IMG/VR virus record: IMGVR_UViG_2509276001_000001
DNA: 59,683 nucleotides
Source: an uncultured virus (IMG/VR IMGVR_UViG_2509276001_000001)
Lineage: Duplodnaviria > Heunggongvirae > Uroviricota > Caudoviricetes
Strand: one strand, 5' to 3'
Shown: positions 47,738 to 59,192 of the stretch, one piece after another
Layout: each line of letters begins with the position of its first letter
How positions within the stretch are numbered: the stretch's first letter is position 1
Program-made: the position numbers and the translations under genes
Notes under the pieces: model-generated
Told to the model about the DNA's origin: nothing
Databases searched by the model: none
What the model saw: the letters and a program-made list of their open reading frames with translations, nothing else

Positions 47738-49915
47738 TCAGGCACCAGCAACCGTGTAAGCCTGCGTTGAGCGGGCGGACGTTTGAATCGAGGCTGGTTC
47801 GATCTCGCCTTGTTGAACCAACGTCAAAACGACTTGATCGAACTCGGCGGACTTGAGTTTCATCGTTCGCATCAAGTCACGTCGGGCAACGGTTTTGTCT
47901 TTCGCTTCGGTAAGCTTGTTGAGGAACTTCAAGCACTCTTTGTGAAACGGGTTCTCGGCGACGTGGACGGAGGCTAGATAGAGTTGCCGGCGGGTTTGGT
48001 GCAGAGCGAACTCGCTGGCCCAGCGGACGGCGGCGACGGTGATTTGTGGGGTTTCGTGACTCTCGCTGCAGGCGTAGATCAATGCGAGCTTTTTGGCGTG
48101 CTCGCATGTTCGGCTCCAGGCGGCTCGGGCGACCTCGTCTCCGGCATCGTCGGCTTTGTCGTATTCGACCTCGGTTTGCAGTCGCAGATCGGTGATCGCG
48201 GTTTCGGCGTCTGGAGTGAACGGGACGACTGCCGGCTTGGGATGGACGGACATGAAGTTCCCGCCATTGGGCGAGAAGTCGGACCACCACTTGGCGACGT
48301 CGAGAATGCGTTCTGGGATGTCGCGGGCAGAGCCAGGCGATTGGCCCTTGCCACGTTTACCGACGTCAATGATGTTGAGCCGGGCAAAGAAGCCGTTGGT
48401 CAGCATGCGGCGAGACAGCGATTCGTAGAAGTATTGCGGCGTCGCGGTGCCGAACAGCGTGAGGTGAGGTTGGTCGACGTGCAGGGCTTCTTTCTGGTTC
48501 GCTTTGACGCGGATCGGATAGACATCGCCAGCGGATGTGTAGAGCGTCAACAGAATGTTCGGGATGGACTCGCGGCTGTTGTCACGATCGAGGTTGATCT
48601 GACGAAGCACACCGTCCATTTCGTCGTTTTGGAACAGCATTCGGCCGGATCGCATTAAAGCGTCTTGGATGCCTTCGCCGGATGCGAACTTGTCACCCAG
48701 GCCGGATGCTTCGCCGATTTGGAAAAGGACTTGCGAATTGACTTTGCGAGGAAATTCCTTGCCGGTACCGCTGCCGGCGAGCGCGAGTAGGTAAATGTTG
48801 GTTCGCAGATCGCCAGTGGTTGCGACTTTGCGTCCAGCGAGGAACGATTGCAGTGCCATCGCTCCGCAGAACGCCAATCCGATGTTTGGATAGGGAGCGC
48901 CCGCGAGCGTGAAGTCCATGACTTCGCGGACGAAGCCGGGCACCTCGAACATCGACTCGGGCAAACGGCCTGGGTCGGTGCATTCGTCGATTTTGGGTGG
49001 TGGCGGTTCCGCTTCGACGACCTTCGGTGCAACCATAAACCCGCTGAGGTCGACGTCGTCGGCCGTTTCGATTGGTCCGTCATCGCGAAGCCATCCGAAA
49101 GTGCGATCGTGTGACTTGGTCGCGGCTTGGTTGATTTTGTGTTGCAGTTCGCGATCAGACCATGGCGGTGAGCATCGTGGGTTGTAGTCTGACGTGAGGA
49201 TCGACAACGCTCGATCGGGGGCGATGCCGAATCCGTGCACTAGAGCGGTTGCGGCGGCGAAGGTTTGCGAGTGACCGCTGCTACCGGAAACCGCCGGCGG
49301 CATGGCGTTCAGGTACGCGATCGCTCGGGCTTCGACGTCACCATCGACTGCCGGCCGCGAACATTGCATTTGCGGCTTGATCGTTGCTGGCACGCCGCGT
49401 TTGACAATGACGGCATCGGCGAGCGCTTTCACGCACGCCGCCAACATCGGTGCAGGAACGATTGCAGGTTCACCATCAAGAACATCGTACGGTTCGCCAT
49501 CAGGGTGTATGCTCGGACCGACGACGGTCTGTGTTCCCGTCGACCGCAACTCGACGATCATCGAACCGTCGTTTGGGTCGGTGTGCTTCTCGGTGGTCGC
49601 GCCAGTGGCGATATACCAACGATGTGAACGCGGTGCTGATGTCCGTCCGGTGATCGCTGGCGTCGGAGGCAAGTAGCTGTCGGCCAGCTCGATCGCTTCG
49701 ACGCAATCGAGATCAATGTCGACGAGCCAGCCCGACGGCTCACCCAAGATGATGCCAACGTTGTCTTTGGCTGAGAATGACGTCTTGATGTCGTCAGTTT
49801 CGATGCGAACGTTGGGCCAATCATTCCGCACTGGCGACTTGGACCGAGGGCGCAGCGGTACACAGTACCAGCCACGCTGACGATAGATCGCGACTTGCTC
49901 TCTAACACCATTCAC
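47738..49915 (-). CDS. Bifunctional primase/polymerase with DUF3987-like domain
   Basis: NVGIILG..LVDIDLD, TVVGPSIHP; AGSGTGK. Confidence 0.88.
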   Translation of the reverse strand: MNGVREQVAIYRQRGWYCVPLRPRSKSPVRNDWPNVRIETDDIKTSFSAKDNVGIILGEPSGWLVDIDLDCVEAIELADSYLPPTPAITGRTSAPRSHRWYIATGATTEKHTDPNDGSMIVELRSTGTQTVVGPSIHPDGEPYDVLDGEPAIVPAPMLAACVKALADAVIVKRGVPATIKPQMQCSRPAVDGDVEARAIAYLNAMPPAVSGSSGHSQTFAAATALVHGFGIAPDRALSILTSDYNPRCSPPWSDRELQHKINQAATKSHDRTFGWLRDDGPIETADDVDLSGFMVAPKVVEAEPPPPKIDECTDPGRLPESMFEVPGFVREVMDFTLAGAPYPNIGLAFCGAMALQSFLAGRKVATTGDLRTNIYLLALAGSGTGKEFPRKVNSQVLFQIGEASGLGDKFASGEGIQDALMRSGRMLFQNDEMDGVLRQINLDRDNSRESIPNILLTLYTSAGDVYPIRVKANQKEALHVDQPHLTLFGTATPQYFYESLSRRMLTNGFFARLNIIDVGKRGKGQSPGSARDIPERILDVAKWWSDFSPNGGNFMSVHPKPAVVPFTPDAETAITDLRLQTEVEYDKADDAGDEVARAAWSRTCEHAKKLALIYACSESHETPQITVAAVRWASEFALHQTRRQLYLASVHVAENPFHKECLKFLNKLTEAKDKTVARRDLMRTMKLKSAEFDQVVLTLVQQGEIEPASIQTSARSTQAYTVAGA

Positions 49916-51576
49916 TAAAACGGAGCCTCTTCCAACGCGGCGTTTAGGATCTCAGCAAGAGATTGTTTAATGATGCGGTCGTATTTTTGGCCGGCGATCG
50001 AGCGGACGGTGATCGTCTCGGGGGCAGCGAGGAGTCCGGCATCGGCCAGATCGAGGGCTTCCTCGGCATTGGTTGGACATGGATCGAGACATCGTTCACT
50101 CCACCAAGCTTCGGCTTTGCGGCGGGCGAAGCCGGAGTGCTCGATGCAGATGAATTCGCTCTGCCATTTGTCCAGGCCGATCATGTAGTCGACTCGCAGG
50201 CATCGCGGGGCATCTTCGTCGGCGTCGCGTTTGCGATGGATGCGATAGATCACGTCTTGGACGTCGTACTCGGTGTCGGTGACTTCGCCCGAAAGCACTC
50301 CGGCTTCGCTGGCTTTGGCACCGTGGGCTTCGCGATCCGGTGGCGGGAATGGATGACCGCACTCGGGACAGTTCGCATAGCCGCAGGCTACGAGAGCGTG
50401 ACACTTCTCACACTCCTTCGCCGGCGGTTCTTGGCCAGGGCGAACGGCTTTGTCCTTGGGTTTGATTTGGTCAATCGGTCCGTGACGTTCGATGTTGCCA
50501 CCGAAATCGAGGACCAGGCAGTTCTGTTTGTCGGGATGCAGTCGAAAACCGCGTCCTACGCATTGGTAGAGCAAGCCCGGCGACATTGTGGGACGCAGCA
50601 TCACGACGCAATCAACACGCGGTGCGTCGAAGCCGGTGGTGAGAACATTGACGTTGCAAAGGAATCGCAATGGTTCGTCGGCCAGCAGTGATGTCGGCTG
50701 ATCGCCACGACAACGAGCGAGCAACTCGTCGCGTTCGTCCGCCGGCGTTTGTCCGGTGACGAAACCGCATTCGATGTCGTGGTTGACTCGCAATGCTTCG
50801 ACGACTTGCCGCCCGTGCGCCACCGACGACGCAAAGATCAACACAGCCCGGCGGTCAGCCGATAGTTCAACGATCTCGGCACACGCGGCCGACACGAGGG
50901 CGTCGTCGCCGGCCAGTTGTTCCACATCCGCCGTCACAAATTCGCCAGCACGAACGCGAAGATCACCAAAGTCCGCTCGATTGACGCCGGCTTTGGAAAC
51001 CAGCGGGCAAAGATAGCCATCGCGAATCAGCTCCTTGATTCCGATTTCGTAGCAGATGCTGTTTAGAAAATGGTCCGGCGAGCAGATCATGCCGGAATCT
51101 AGACGAAACGGCGTCGCGGTCAGCCCGATGACACGCACGTTCGGGTTGATGACTTTGCAATCGGCCAGAAACTGCCGATACATGCCGTCGCCCCTTTTTG
51201 AGATCAGGTGTGCTTCATCGACAACAATCAAGTCGAACGGGTCGAGATCACACGCTCGCTTGTAGACGCTTTGAATGCCGGCAACCAACACGGATGTGTT
51301 CGTGTCTCGCTTCTTCAAACCAGCAGAGTACAATCCAACGTCGATGTCGGGACAGAGTCGGCGAACCTTGTCGGCATTCTGGTCGAGCAATTCCTTGACG
51401 TGGGCCAAGATCAGAACGCGACCATTCCACTGGTTCACAGCATCCGAAGCAATCTTCGCCAGCACGAGCGATTTGCCTGCACCAGTGGGCAATACGGCGA
51501 CCGGGTTGTCGTCGCGGTTGCGGAGATGATCGTAGACCGCGTCCACGGCGGCTTGCTGGTAGGTTCGCAGCTGCAT
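49915..51576 (-). CDS. SF2 DEAH helicase with Zn ribbon
   Basis: PTGAGKS, DEAH, TAT, QCVGRGFR. Confidence 0.93.
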   Translation of the reverse strand: MQLRTYQQAAVDAVYDHLRNRDDNPVAVLPTGAGKSLVLAKIASDAVNQWNGRVLILAHVKELLDQNADKVRRLCPDIDVGLYSAGLKKRDTNTSVLVAGIQSVYKRACDLDPFDLIVVDEAHLISKRGDGMYRQFLADCKVINPNVRVIGLTATPFRLDSGMICSPDHFLNSICYEIGIKELIRDGYLCPLVSKAGVNRADFGDLRVRAGEFVTADVEQLAGDDALVSAACAEIVELSADRRAVLIFASSVAHGRQVVEALRVNHDIECGFVTGQTPADERDELLARCRGDQPTSLLADEPLRFLCNVNVLTTGFDAPRVDCVVMLRPTMSPGLLYQCVGRGFRLHPDKQNCLVLDFGGNIERHGPIDQIKPKDKAVRPGQEPPAKECEKCHALVACGYANCPECGHPFPPPDREAHGAKASEAGVLSGEVTDTEYDVQDVIYRIHRKRDADEDAPRCLRVDYMIGLDKWQSEFICIEHSGFARRKAEAWWSERCLDPCPTNAEEALDLADAGLLAAPETITVRSIAGQKYDRIIKQSLAEILNAALEEAPF

Positions 51577-52163
51577 CACAGTGCCTTCCCGTTGTGACGT
51601 TTGCCGAGCCAAGTTGGGACGGCGTTGCGCGACATCTGACGTTGTTCTGGATTGCAGTCACTGCAGATTCGGTTGGCGGGGCCGGTCGACAAGAACGGCT
51701 GGTCACACTTCAAACAAACGCGTTCCATTCTTGGTGCGCTCTCCGTGTCGACTTGGGTGAGCCAGACGAGTGCTTCGCCTTCAAATCGCTTTGGTAGTTC
51801 GACGCCGGCTTCGATTTCTTCTTTCGTTCGGCGTTTCAGTTTTCCTTTCGGTTTCACTTCCGGCAGGATCTTTTCGATCGCCAGTCGGAAGATCTGGTTG
51901 TCGTCCTCGAACACGCCGCCCCATTGCAGGGAATCGAGCATCGCTTTGAGAACGTTGTCGATGTCACGCCGGCGACGATCGGGTGTGTACAGTTCGATGT
52001 TGATTGACAACGGGCCAATCAGCTTTTCGATGTCTCGCGATTGCAGGTACTGAATCACCTTCTTGCGATAGTTGCGTCCGCCGCGACTGATTAACACTCG
52101 CGAACCGACGTATCGCCAGTAGGTATTGAGGGTCGGTGGATAGGGAAGTTTCAATTTCAGCAT
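51576..52163 (-). CDS. rusA: RusA-family Holliday junction resolvase
   Basis: RRRDIDNVLKAMLDSL...DDNQI. Confidence 0.9.
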   Translation of the reverse strand: MLKLKLPYPPTLNTYWRYVGSRVLISRGGRNYRKKVIQYLQSRDIEKLIGPLSINIELYTPDRRRRDIDNVLKAMLDSLQWGGVFEDDNQIFRLAIEKILPEVKPKGKLKRRTKEEIEAGVELPKRFEGEALVWLTQVDTESAPRMERVCLKCDQPFLSTGPANRICSDCNPEQRQMSRNAVPTWLGKRHNGKAL

Positions 52164-52284
52164 GGTGCAGCGTCAAAGAGTGGGCGAACAAAAACAGCCG
52201 ACCGGCAATCCGTGCCGGTCGGCTGTCGAGCCTTGGCGAGCCAAAGACTCTGGGCCTGGAAGCGATCAAACAGAGGCCGCGCGG

Positions 52285-52743
52285 CTATCGCTTCCAGGGG
52301 GCGTCCGTGCCACGAATTTCGGACGCCGGCTTTGGTTCGGCCGTCGCGCCGACCTTCGCGTAGCCCTTCACCTCGTTCTGCAATTCGCCAGTGTCATTGC
52401 GGCGTTTCAACTTGACCGTGATCGTGCACGGCAAGTTGTGCAGGTCAGTCGAATCGCTCGGCGTCAGCACACCGACCGCCCGGCAGATCGACGACAACTC
52501 GCGGCGAGCGATGTCGACGGCGGTCGCGTTGGGGTTGTCGAGGTTCAGCCGCACCCACAGCAAGCGATTCTTTTGATCGCCTTCGACGATGGTGAACGTC
52601 AGCTGGAGATAGCTGCCCGTGCCGGCTTTCGTCGGCTTCATTTCGCTGTCGGTGATCACCGCGACGTACTTGCCGTCGGGGATCGGTTCCATGTCGTTGG
52701 CGGGTTCGACAGTGTTGGCATCAAAGCCTTGGAGGTTGGCCAT
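52285..52743 (-). CDS. DUF669 family (SSB-like) phage protein
   Basis: IPDGKYVAVI...NEVKGY. Confidence 0.85.
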   Translation of the reverse strand: MANLQGFDANTVEPANDMEPIPDGKYVAVITDSEMKPTKAGTGSYLQLTFTIVEGDQKNRLLWVRLNLDNPNATAVDIARRELSSICRAVGVLTPSDSTDLHNLPCTITVKLKRRNDTGELQNEVKGYAKVGATAEPKPASEIRGTDAPWKR

Positions 52744-52796
52744 CTGGATGGTTCCTTGGTTGAGTGGAAAGGGAGAGTGAGTGAATCGGTGGTCGG

Positions 52797-53555
52797 TTAG
52801 CTGGTCGTCATCGCGCCGACGAAGGCGGACCAGGACAATGGCAATTCTTCAGAAATGCCGTAGCGGTTCTTCGCCACACACGTCGGCGATCCGTAGGCAC
52901 GCACGACTCGTTCGCCGCCTTCCTTGCCGATGGCGTGAGCGATGGTGCGTTTGCGGTTGAATCCGCCATCCTCGGTTTGCGTCCGCATCTTGCGGGTGGC
53001 GAAGAGCACCGCGTCGCACCACTCTTTGATGAGTGCTGCCGCGTGCTTGTGCAGTCGCGGCGAATACCGATCGTAGGGGGAGGATTCCGGATCCTCGAAG
53101 CGTTCGACCTTGGAATGGGCGATCAACACGATCACCATGCCGCGAGAACGCAAAACGCCGAGCAGGTCGAGGATTTCACGCCACAGAGAGAGGGCGTGCA
53201 TGTAACCGCGTGCGTACCCGCCGTCGACCTTTTCGATCGACTCGACGGCGTACTGCTGACAGAGTTTGTCCCAGACAAGACGCTCCAGCCAATCGAGCGA
53301 GTCGATCACGACGGATTCGTAGTCGTGCTTCTCGTTGACGAGCGTTTTCAAAGCGGCGACGACATCATCGAACTTCGTCGCCAGCGGAAAGCGGTCGCAT
53401 TCGATTTCGTCGAGGCCGTCTTCGGTTTGAATGAAGATCGGCTTAGGGGCTTCGCTGCCGAAGGTCGACTTGCCGATGCCTTCGACGCCGTAGAGCAAGA
53501 CACGGGGAGGCTTCGATTGCCGGCCGGATTGGATGGTTTCGAGTAGGTTGGTCAC
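52797..53555 (-). CDS. AAA_24/Sak4-like ATPase
   Basis: YGVEGIGKST, VIDSLD, AKNRY. Confidence 0.88.
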   Translation of the reverse strand: MTNLLETIQSGRQSKPPRVLLYGVEGIGKSTFGSEAPKPIFIQTEDGLDEIECDRFPLATKFDDVVAALKTLVNEKHDYESVVIDSLDWLERLVWDKLCQQYAVESIEKVDGGYARGYMHALSLWREILDLLGVLRSRGMVIVLIAHSKVERFEDPESSPYDRYSPRLHKHAAALIKEWCDAVLFATRKMRTQTEDGGFNRKRTIAHAIGKEGGERVVRAYGSPTCVAKNRYGISEELPLSWSAFVGAMTTS

Positions 53556-53594
53556 GGGACTATTGACTCCTTGATTAATTCGATAGTTGGTTGG

Positions 53595-53864
53595 TTAGAG
53601 GGTTTGAATCTGTTCGACATCGAAATTACCGTCGCGATCACTGGTCACGAGGTAGTGCTTGAAGTCGGCTTGGACAACGAACCGCTGTTCAGTGCTGAGA
53701 TGTTGGCGAAGCGATTTACACGCTCCGGTGAACTCGCGAGAGGCTTCGTTGAAGCGTTCGGCGGATCGCAGGTAACGTCCGACGGCGAGTGAAAGAGCGA
53801 CGCGGCGTTCGATGTCGAGTGGTTTCATGAGATCTCGTTTGATCGTGTTGGTTGGTGTTTGCAT
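53595..53864 (-). CDS. Phage hypothetical protein
   Basis: GGAGG RBS; 89 aa. Confidence 0.7.
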   Translation of the reverse strand: MQTPTNTIKRDLMKPLDIERRVALSLAVGRYLRSAERFNEASREFTGACKSLRQHLSTEQRFVVQADFKHYLVTSDRDGNFDVEQIQTL

Positions 53865-53943
53865 GACGTGTTCCCTCCTGGGTTACTTAGGCGAACGGGA
53901 CGGGGGCATGACCAGAAAATGAAGAGCGATTCGATTGACACTG

Positions 53944-54648
53944 TTATTTCCAGCGTTTGTCGCGAGGTGGCGTGATGCCGGCTTCGATGAACCGCTGCTG
54001 GATGTCCTGCAACATCGAGTGGAAGGCGCGACGGGTCATGCCAGACTGCTTTTGCGTTGCAATGCGTCCGTGTTCCATCACTTGCTTGCAGAACTCCCGC
54101 TGATGTTCGGGCAACTCAGCGAAGACGACGCGGAACGCTTCGACTTCCTCGAATACCGCTTCTTCACTGCGAGTTTCTCTGCCGATGGCGCGGTCGCGAT
54201 CTTCGAGCGAAAGTGCCGACGACAGCTCCATTGGCGGACCACCGTCGGGATCGTCGACCATCGTTGTTAGTGAAACGACTGGGCCGCCGGGCGGAGTGCG
54301 AAACGCGGTTTTGCGAGTGTCAAGAATCCTGGCGAGTGCCCGCGAGACGATCATGTCGATGTACGTTTTGAACGTCGCACGCTCGGGCGTGAAATCGGCG
54401 AGATACCGCTCGACCATCGCCCACAACGATTGTTCGATGTCGCGGAGTTCTTGCCGGGCGTACGCACCGGCCTTGTAGCCACGCCACGCTTGACAGCGGA
54501 TATTGGCCTGGATGTACTTCCAGTCGGTGTCGCTGTCTTTTGAAATGTCCTGCGTTTTCAAACGAATATCCTCCGGCTGGAGGTTCGTTCGACGACTCCG
54601 GCCGGCGAAAACCGTGCTGCGAACCAACGATTGTTCGTAGAGAAACAC
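53944..54648 (-). CDS. Sigma-factor-like phage protein (start uncertain)
   Basis: DIEQSLW...FTPERATFKTYI; LPEHQREFC. Confidence 0.65.
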   Translation of the reverse strand: MFLYEQSLVRSTVFAGRSRRTNLQPEDIRLKTQDISKDSDTDWKYIQANIRCQAWRGYKAGAYARQELRDIEQSLWAMVERYLADFTPERATFKTYIDMIVSRALARILDTRKTAFRTPPGGPVVSLTTMVDDPDGGPPMELSSALSLEDRDRAIGRETRSEEAVFEEVEAFRVVFAELPEHQREFCKQVMEHGRIATQKQSGMTRRAFHSMLQDIQQRFIEAGITPPRDKRWK

Positions 54649-54747
54649 GGGCCAGCGGGATCAGCTCGAAGGCGAATCTCTCAGCTGAAGTCACGGCGAC
54701 TCATGACGTGAGTCTTTGGCACATCGCGTGAGTCCTTTGGAAAGTTC

Positions 54748-55935
54748 TCAGAATTCCCAGCAAAGATCTTCCGTGGGTCGGTAACACATCGCATCGCCTT
54801 TGAATGCGAGCTTCAAGTGCTCAGCCAGATCAGCGTGATGCTCGGCGATGCGTTTGATATCGCGATTGACGGCTTGACGGACGTTTTTGCGCGATCTTGA
54901 TTCATCCGTCACGACTCGGGCTCTACCGTTCTTACCAATGTCTTTCTGCAGTTGGTGCAGAATCGCGTACTGTTCGGCTTGCAGAGTTTCGAGCGTGACG
55001 ACATCGTCGTTGCGTTCGGCTTCAGCGATGCGAGCGCCAAGATCGGCCAGGGTTCGCTTGTAATCGCGGCGTGCTTCTTGGTCGAAGGCTTCCCCAGAAC
55101 CGCTGGTGGAAGATCGTGCGGCGATCCCCGCGCGAGCGTTCTCGAGTTCGACGGGGTGCAACGGTTTGCCAGGGCGAGACAAGAACTCAGCGAGGTACCA
55201 CATGCCGATGGCGTCCGAGAGCACGAACCGCCTCTTTTGGAAACAGATTTCCCAGTGATCGCCTGTCATGCGGAAACAGTTAGGCGGAGAGTCTTCGCCT
55301 AGCCCGAGTCGGTACCGAAGCTCGACGATGGCGTCGGGGTTGATCGCGATCCCGTGGTCCTGCGTGAAAAACACTTCGTCAGCAGCAATGATGGTGATCT
55401 TGAAGTTGCGTTCGATGGCGTCGAGATCCACGGAATTGCGATGCATCGACGGGACCATCACAACTGCTGGTGATCCGACGCTAGTCGCAGCCTTGATTAG
55501 CGAAGACTCGTCGGTCCGTAGATATAGATGTAATGGTGATGCAGCGAGCCTTGCTGGCAACCGACCCAAGCGGTGAACATCCCGATTGGATTCGCTGCCA
55601 ACGTATTCGACGCGACCTCCAAGCAAACGCATCAACACCTCACCGAGCTTTCGCAGATTTAGCCGCAGGACGACCAAATCATCCCGAGCGATGTCGAACG
55701 CCTCGCCTTGCAAACGATCGATCGCGACGAAGGTTCGATCGTCATGCGCAACGACTTCGCAAGGCGTGACACCGTCACTGGCCAGCGTCCATGCAGCCAG
55801 ATCGGGTGTCGCGGAAAGGAACTGGTGGCACAGTTCCCAATGTTCACCCAGCTCGACCTGCCATACTCGCCGAGGTGCTCGCAGGCTTGGGATCCGAGAG
55901 AGCGTTTGCCAGAGACGAAGACGATGCGGGGTCAC
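54748..55935 (-). CDS. Hypothetical protein with regulator-type C-terminal helical domain
   Basis: 395 aa; YLAEFLSRPG...SRKNVRQAV...LAEHL. Confidence 0.65.
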   Translation of the reverse strand: MTPHRLRLWQTLSRIPSLRAPRRVWQVELGEHWELCHQFLSATPDLAAWTLASDGVTPCEVVAHDDRTFVAIDRLQGEAFDIARDDLVVLRLNLRKLGEVLMRLLGGRVEYVGSESNRDVHRLGRLPARLAASPLHLYLRTDESSLIKAATSVGSPAVVMVPSMHRNSVDLDAIERNFKITIIAADEVFFTQDHGIAINPDAIVELRYRLGLGEDSPPNCFRMTGDHWEICFQKRRFVLSDAIGMWYLAEFLSRPGKPLHPVELENARAGIAARSSTSGSGEAFDQEARRDYKRTLADLGARIAEAERNDDVVTLETLQAEQYAILHQLQKDIGKNGRARVVTDESRSRKNVRQAVNRDIKRIAEHHADLAEHLKLAFKGDAMCYRPTEDLCWEF

Positions 55936-57085
55936 GAGCGGGCAGTCCGATAGTTTTGATTCCGTGATGAGTCATCCAAGCTTCGACCAGATCGACGCCA
56001 ACTTGTCGCGAGTACGTAATGATGTTGCCTGAGTGAATCGTCACGGCGACTTCGGGATATTCGATAAACGTGAACCGAAACTTTGCCTTCGTGATGCGAG
56101 TGCCCTGCGTGAGTTGTTGTTGATGCTCACGAAGCTGGGCGAAAATTCGCTTGCCTCGAAAGATCTTCGTCAGGCTCTGACTTCCCATAAACAATTCAGT
56201 GATCTCGTCAAGCTGTACCGCCTCGATCCCGTCGATGAACGCAGGTGACTCAATGTCTTCACCCAGTTCGTGAATCGGACCCAAGTCGAAGAGTTCTGCC
56301 GTTGGAAAGAAGCCTTCGTCGCCAAATAGATACTCCCCAAACGCCCGGCAGTACTCGCGGTGTTCCGAGATCAGCGAGGCGTGAACGTGCAATTCGCCGA
56401 GCGGCTTCTGAACGAGAATCGTGTCGTAGCCAGCTGGCCGTTGAACCTGAAATCGGCTCGTGTCGCCTTCGATGTACTCGCCTCGCTTGAGGTTTTCACC
56501 GCGACGCACGACGAATGCGGTGACGTCACCTACGTCATGCATCCATAACGCCGTCCCGCCGCCTCGGTGCCGATCGCGATTGAAAGTTGCCAATCGTTTC
56601 GTCATCGCATCAAGAATATCGGGCGTCGGCAACTGAAACGGCATCGGATTTTGATGTCGATTCAAGTAGTGCCGAAACGATCGCTGACTTGTGGCGATGC
56701 GTTCATAGTTGCTGCGGCGCAACAAGTCGGGATGATGCATCCAAGTACGCATCGCCAAATCGGCCGGCGTCAGTTGGTCGTCGTCGGGAAGGGGAATACC
56801 AGCTTTGGCGTGCGCCAGAATCAAGGACTCCATACCCTGATCGTTGGCGACTTCGTCGATGTGAAATTGAGCCTCGATCAACTCGCTGGGTGCGGCGCGG
56901 GTCGGCGTGCGTAGCAATCGGGAGAGCTTTTTGAATTGTTCCTCGTCGAATTCCGTTTCGGCAGAAATCGGGAATTTCCGCGCGGTGAAGTAATCGGCGA
57001 ACGGAAGCAGGAAATCACGCAGTAGGGTAAAGTCGACGGAACCCAGGGCATGGTTGAGGAAACTTGGTGGTCGGTAAGCGGGCAT
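55844..57085 (-). CDS. Hypothetical protein
   Basis: 413-aa ORF in operon. Confidence 0.65.
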   Translation of the reverse strand: MPAYRPPSFLNHALGSVDFTLLRDFLLPFADYFTARKFPISAETEFDEEQFKKLSRLLRTPTRAAPSELIEAQFHIDEVANDQGMESLILAHAKAGIPLPDDDQLTPADLAMRTWMHHPDLLRRSNYERIATSQRSFRHYLNRHQNPMPFQLPTPDILDAMTKRLATFNRDRHRGGGTALWMHDVGDVTAFVVRRGENLKRGEYIEGDTSRFQVQRPAGYDTILVQKPLGELHVHASLISEHREYCRAFGEYLFGDEGFFPTAELFDLGPIHELGEDIESPAFIDGIEAVQLDEITELFMGSQSLTKIFRGKRIFAQLREHQQQLTQGTRITKAKFRFTFIEYPEVAVTIHSGNIITYSRQVGVDLVEAWMTHHGIKTIGLPARDPASSSSLANALSDPKPASTSASMAGRAG

Positions 57086-57235
57086 GAAACACTCAATCAA
57101 ACAACATTGGCGATGGACATCCTTGGAGAACGACTGGGCGGCCAGCGGTTGCTAGCAAACTCCGTGCACATGTTCATAAGAGGCATGTCCCATGACACGT
57201 TTGGTCCAACATCGCCAACACCTCCTTCGGAGCCG

Positions 57236-57637
57236 TTACGACAGGCCCCGTTTTGTTCCTGATCTAGCTCGAAGTTCAGCCCACAGAACACGTTGCTTTT
57301 CCCAGTCCATTTCCATTGTCAACCGTCGCAGAAGTTTCTCCGAGATTTCCGGTTTGCCCTTCGTCATTCGAGGCAGGAACAGCAGCTCTTCTTGAATTTC
57401 GGGAGCCAACATTGTCAGGCTAAGAATCTGCGAAACACGAGGCTGCGAGACGTGACCGATCTCAGCGATGTGCTGCAATCCCGTCGCCCGCCCAGATCGC
57501 AACAGTTCATCAAACCGAATCGCGAGTGCCATCAGCCGCGTGATTCGCGGAAGCGTACCAGGGATGGCTTCCTTCTCATCGATCACCTTGTGCCGACGCG
57601 ATGTGGTCACCGCGATCGTCTTGCGTACGGTAATCAT
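57236..57637 (-). CDS. Recombinase-associated HTH protein
   Basis: PRITRLMALA...VSQPRVSQILSLTMLAPEIQE. Confidence 0.75.
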   Translation of the reverse strand: MITVRKTIAVTTSRRHKVIDEKEAIPGTLPRITRLMALAIRFDELLRSGRATGLQHIAEIGHVSQPRVSQILSLTMLAPEIQEELLFLPRMTKGKPEISEKLLRRLTMEMDWEKQRVLWAELRARSGTKRGLS

Positions 57638-59192
57638 GCCACCGATTCCTCGCACTCTTCGACAAGCGAAGTGATCGCGGATGGGTGATACGAGATCTCC
57701 ATCGAACCCGCGTCCGGATCGTAGACCACTTTCGCGACCAGCAATTCAACAAGATGAACTCGCTCCTTCGCCGTCAGCGACGCCCAAACGACGTCGAAGT
57801 CTGCCATCGCAATGTCGATGTCGAGCCGCGAAAGCTGGCGGGCGGCCGCTTGCTTCAGTTTGTCGGTTGCGACGACAACCTCCGTTTCCGCCGTAGTGAT
57901 TCGTTGTCTCAAGTCCGCGGTACGCACCTCGTTTAGATTCTCGAACGCTTCGTGCTTCAGGATTCGTCGAACCTCTTCGGTGTCTCGGTTGATCTGAGCC
58001 TTCAGCTGTGCCAACTGTGTTTCGACTTCCGCCTGCTCTTTATCGCCACATGCCTTCGACCGTTGGTACACGGCGTCACGCAAGCCTTCGTCAGTGACAA
58101 CGACACGAAGCTCGTTCACCACGGCCGCTTCGATCATCGCTGCGGATACAGAACCCATCTCGCAAGCATCGCATCCACCTTTCACCGTCGTTTGGCAGTT
58201 GTAGTAGCGATAGACGCTCGATTTGTTCTTCGTTGTCTTATGAACCATTCGGCGTTCACAATGCGGACAGACGAGCAAGCCTTTCAGCAAAGCGGAGTAC
58301 TTGTTGACCAATCGCTGGCCTCTCGCCTTGCGATGCGACTTCAACATTTTGCCGACCGCATCGAACGTTTCTTGGTCGACGATTCCGTCGTGCTCGCCTT
58401 CGTACTCGTTCTCTTTGTGTTTGATTTTCCCGACGTACAATGGATTGGTGAGCAGCGTATGCACGGCGGGCTTGTCGAACACTCGTCCGCCGCGAGTGCG
58501 ACCGCCACGCGTTCGCCAAACCTTATTTGGCCAGCCGAGTTCTTGCAGTTTCTGCACGACTGGCAAGAGCGAACGCAGTTCCAAATACATCGCAAATATC
58601 TGTCGGACCTGTTTGGCCTCGGCCGCGTTGACGACCAGTTTGGGACTCGGCCCGGAACGATCGACGTCATAACCAAGCACAGGCATCCCGCCGGACCACT
58701 TGCCCTTGGCTCGCATCGCTGCGATCTTGTCGCGAATCCGCTCACCAATGATTTCACGCTCGAATTGGGCAAAGGAAAGCAGGATATTCAGCGTCAGCCG
58801 GCCCATTGAATGAGTCGTATTGAAATGCTGGGTCACCGAAACAAAGGACACGCCATGCTTGTCGAAAGTCTCCATCACTCGCGAAAAGTCCATCAACGAT
58901 CGGCTGAGACGGTCAACCTTGTAAACGACCACACAGTCGATCTTCCCAGCTTCGATGCCTCCCATCAATCGCTTCATCGCTGGACGTTCCAGGTTTCCAC
59001 CAGAGAACCCGCCGTCGTCGTACATCTCCGGTAAGCAACGCCAGCCTTCTGGCTTGCGATGTATGCTTCGGCGGCTTCACGCTGTGCATCAAGCGAATTG
59101 AACTCTTGCTGCAAGCCCTCTTCAGTCGACTTACGAGTGTAAATGGCACAGCGGATCGTTTTTGCCGATGATGTTTCGTCCTTCTTACTCAT
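57634..59192 (-). pseudogene. Large serine recombinase, frameshift near 59045
   Basis: CAIYTRKSTEEGL..NSLDAQRE in one frame; YDDGGFSGG, YKVDRLSRS and Zn ribbon in the next. Confidence 0.92.
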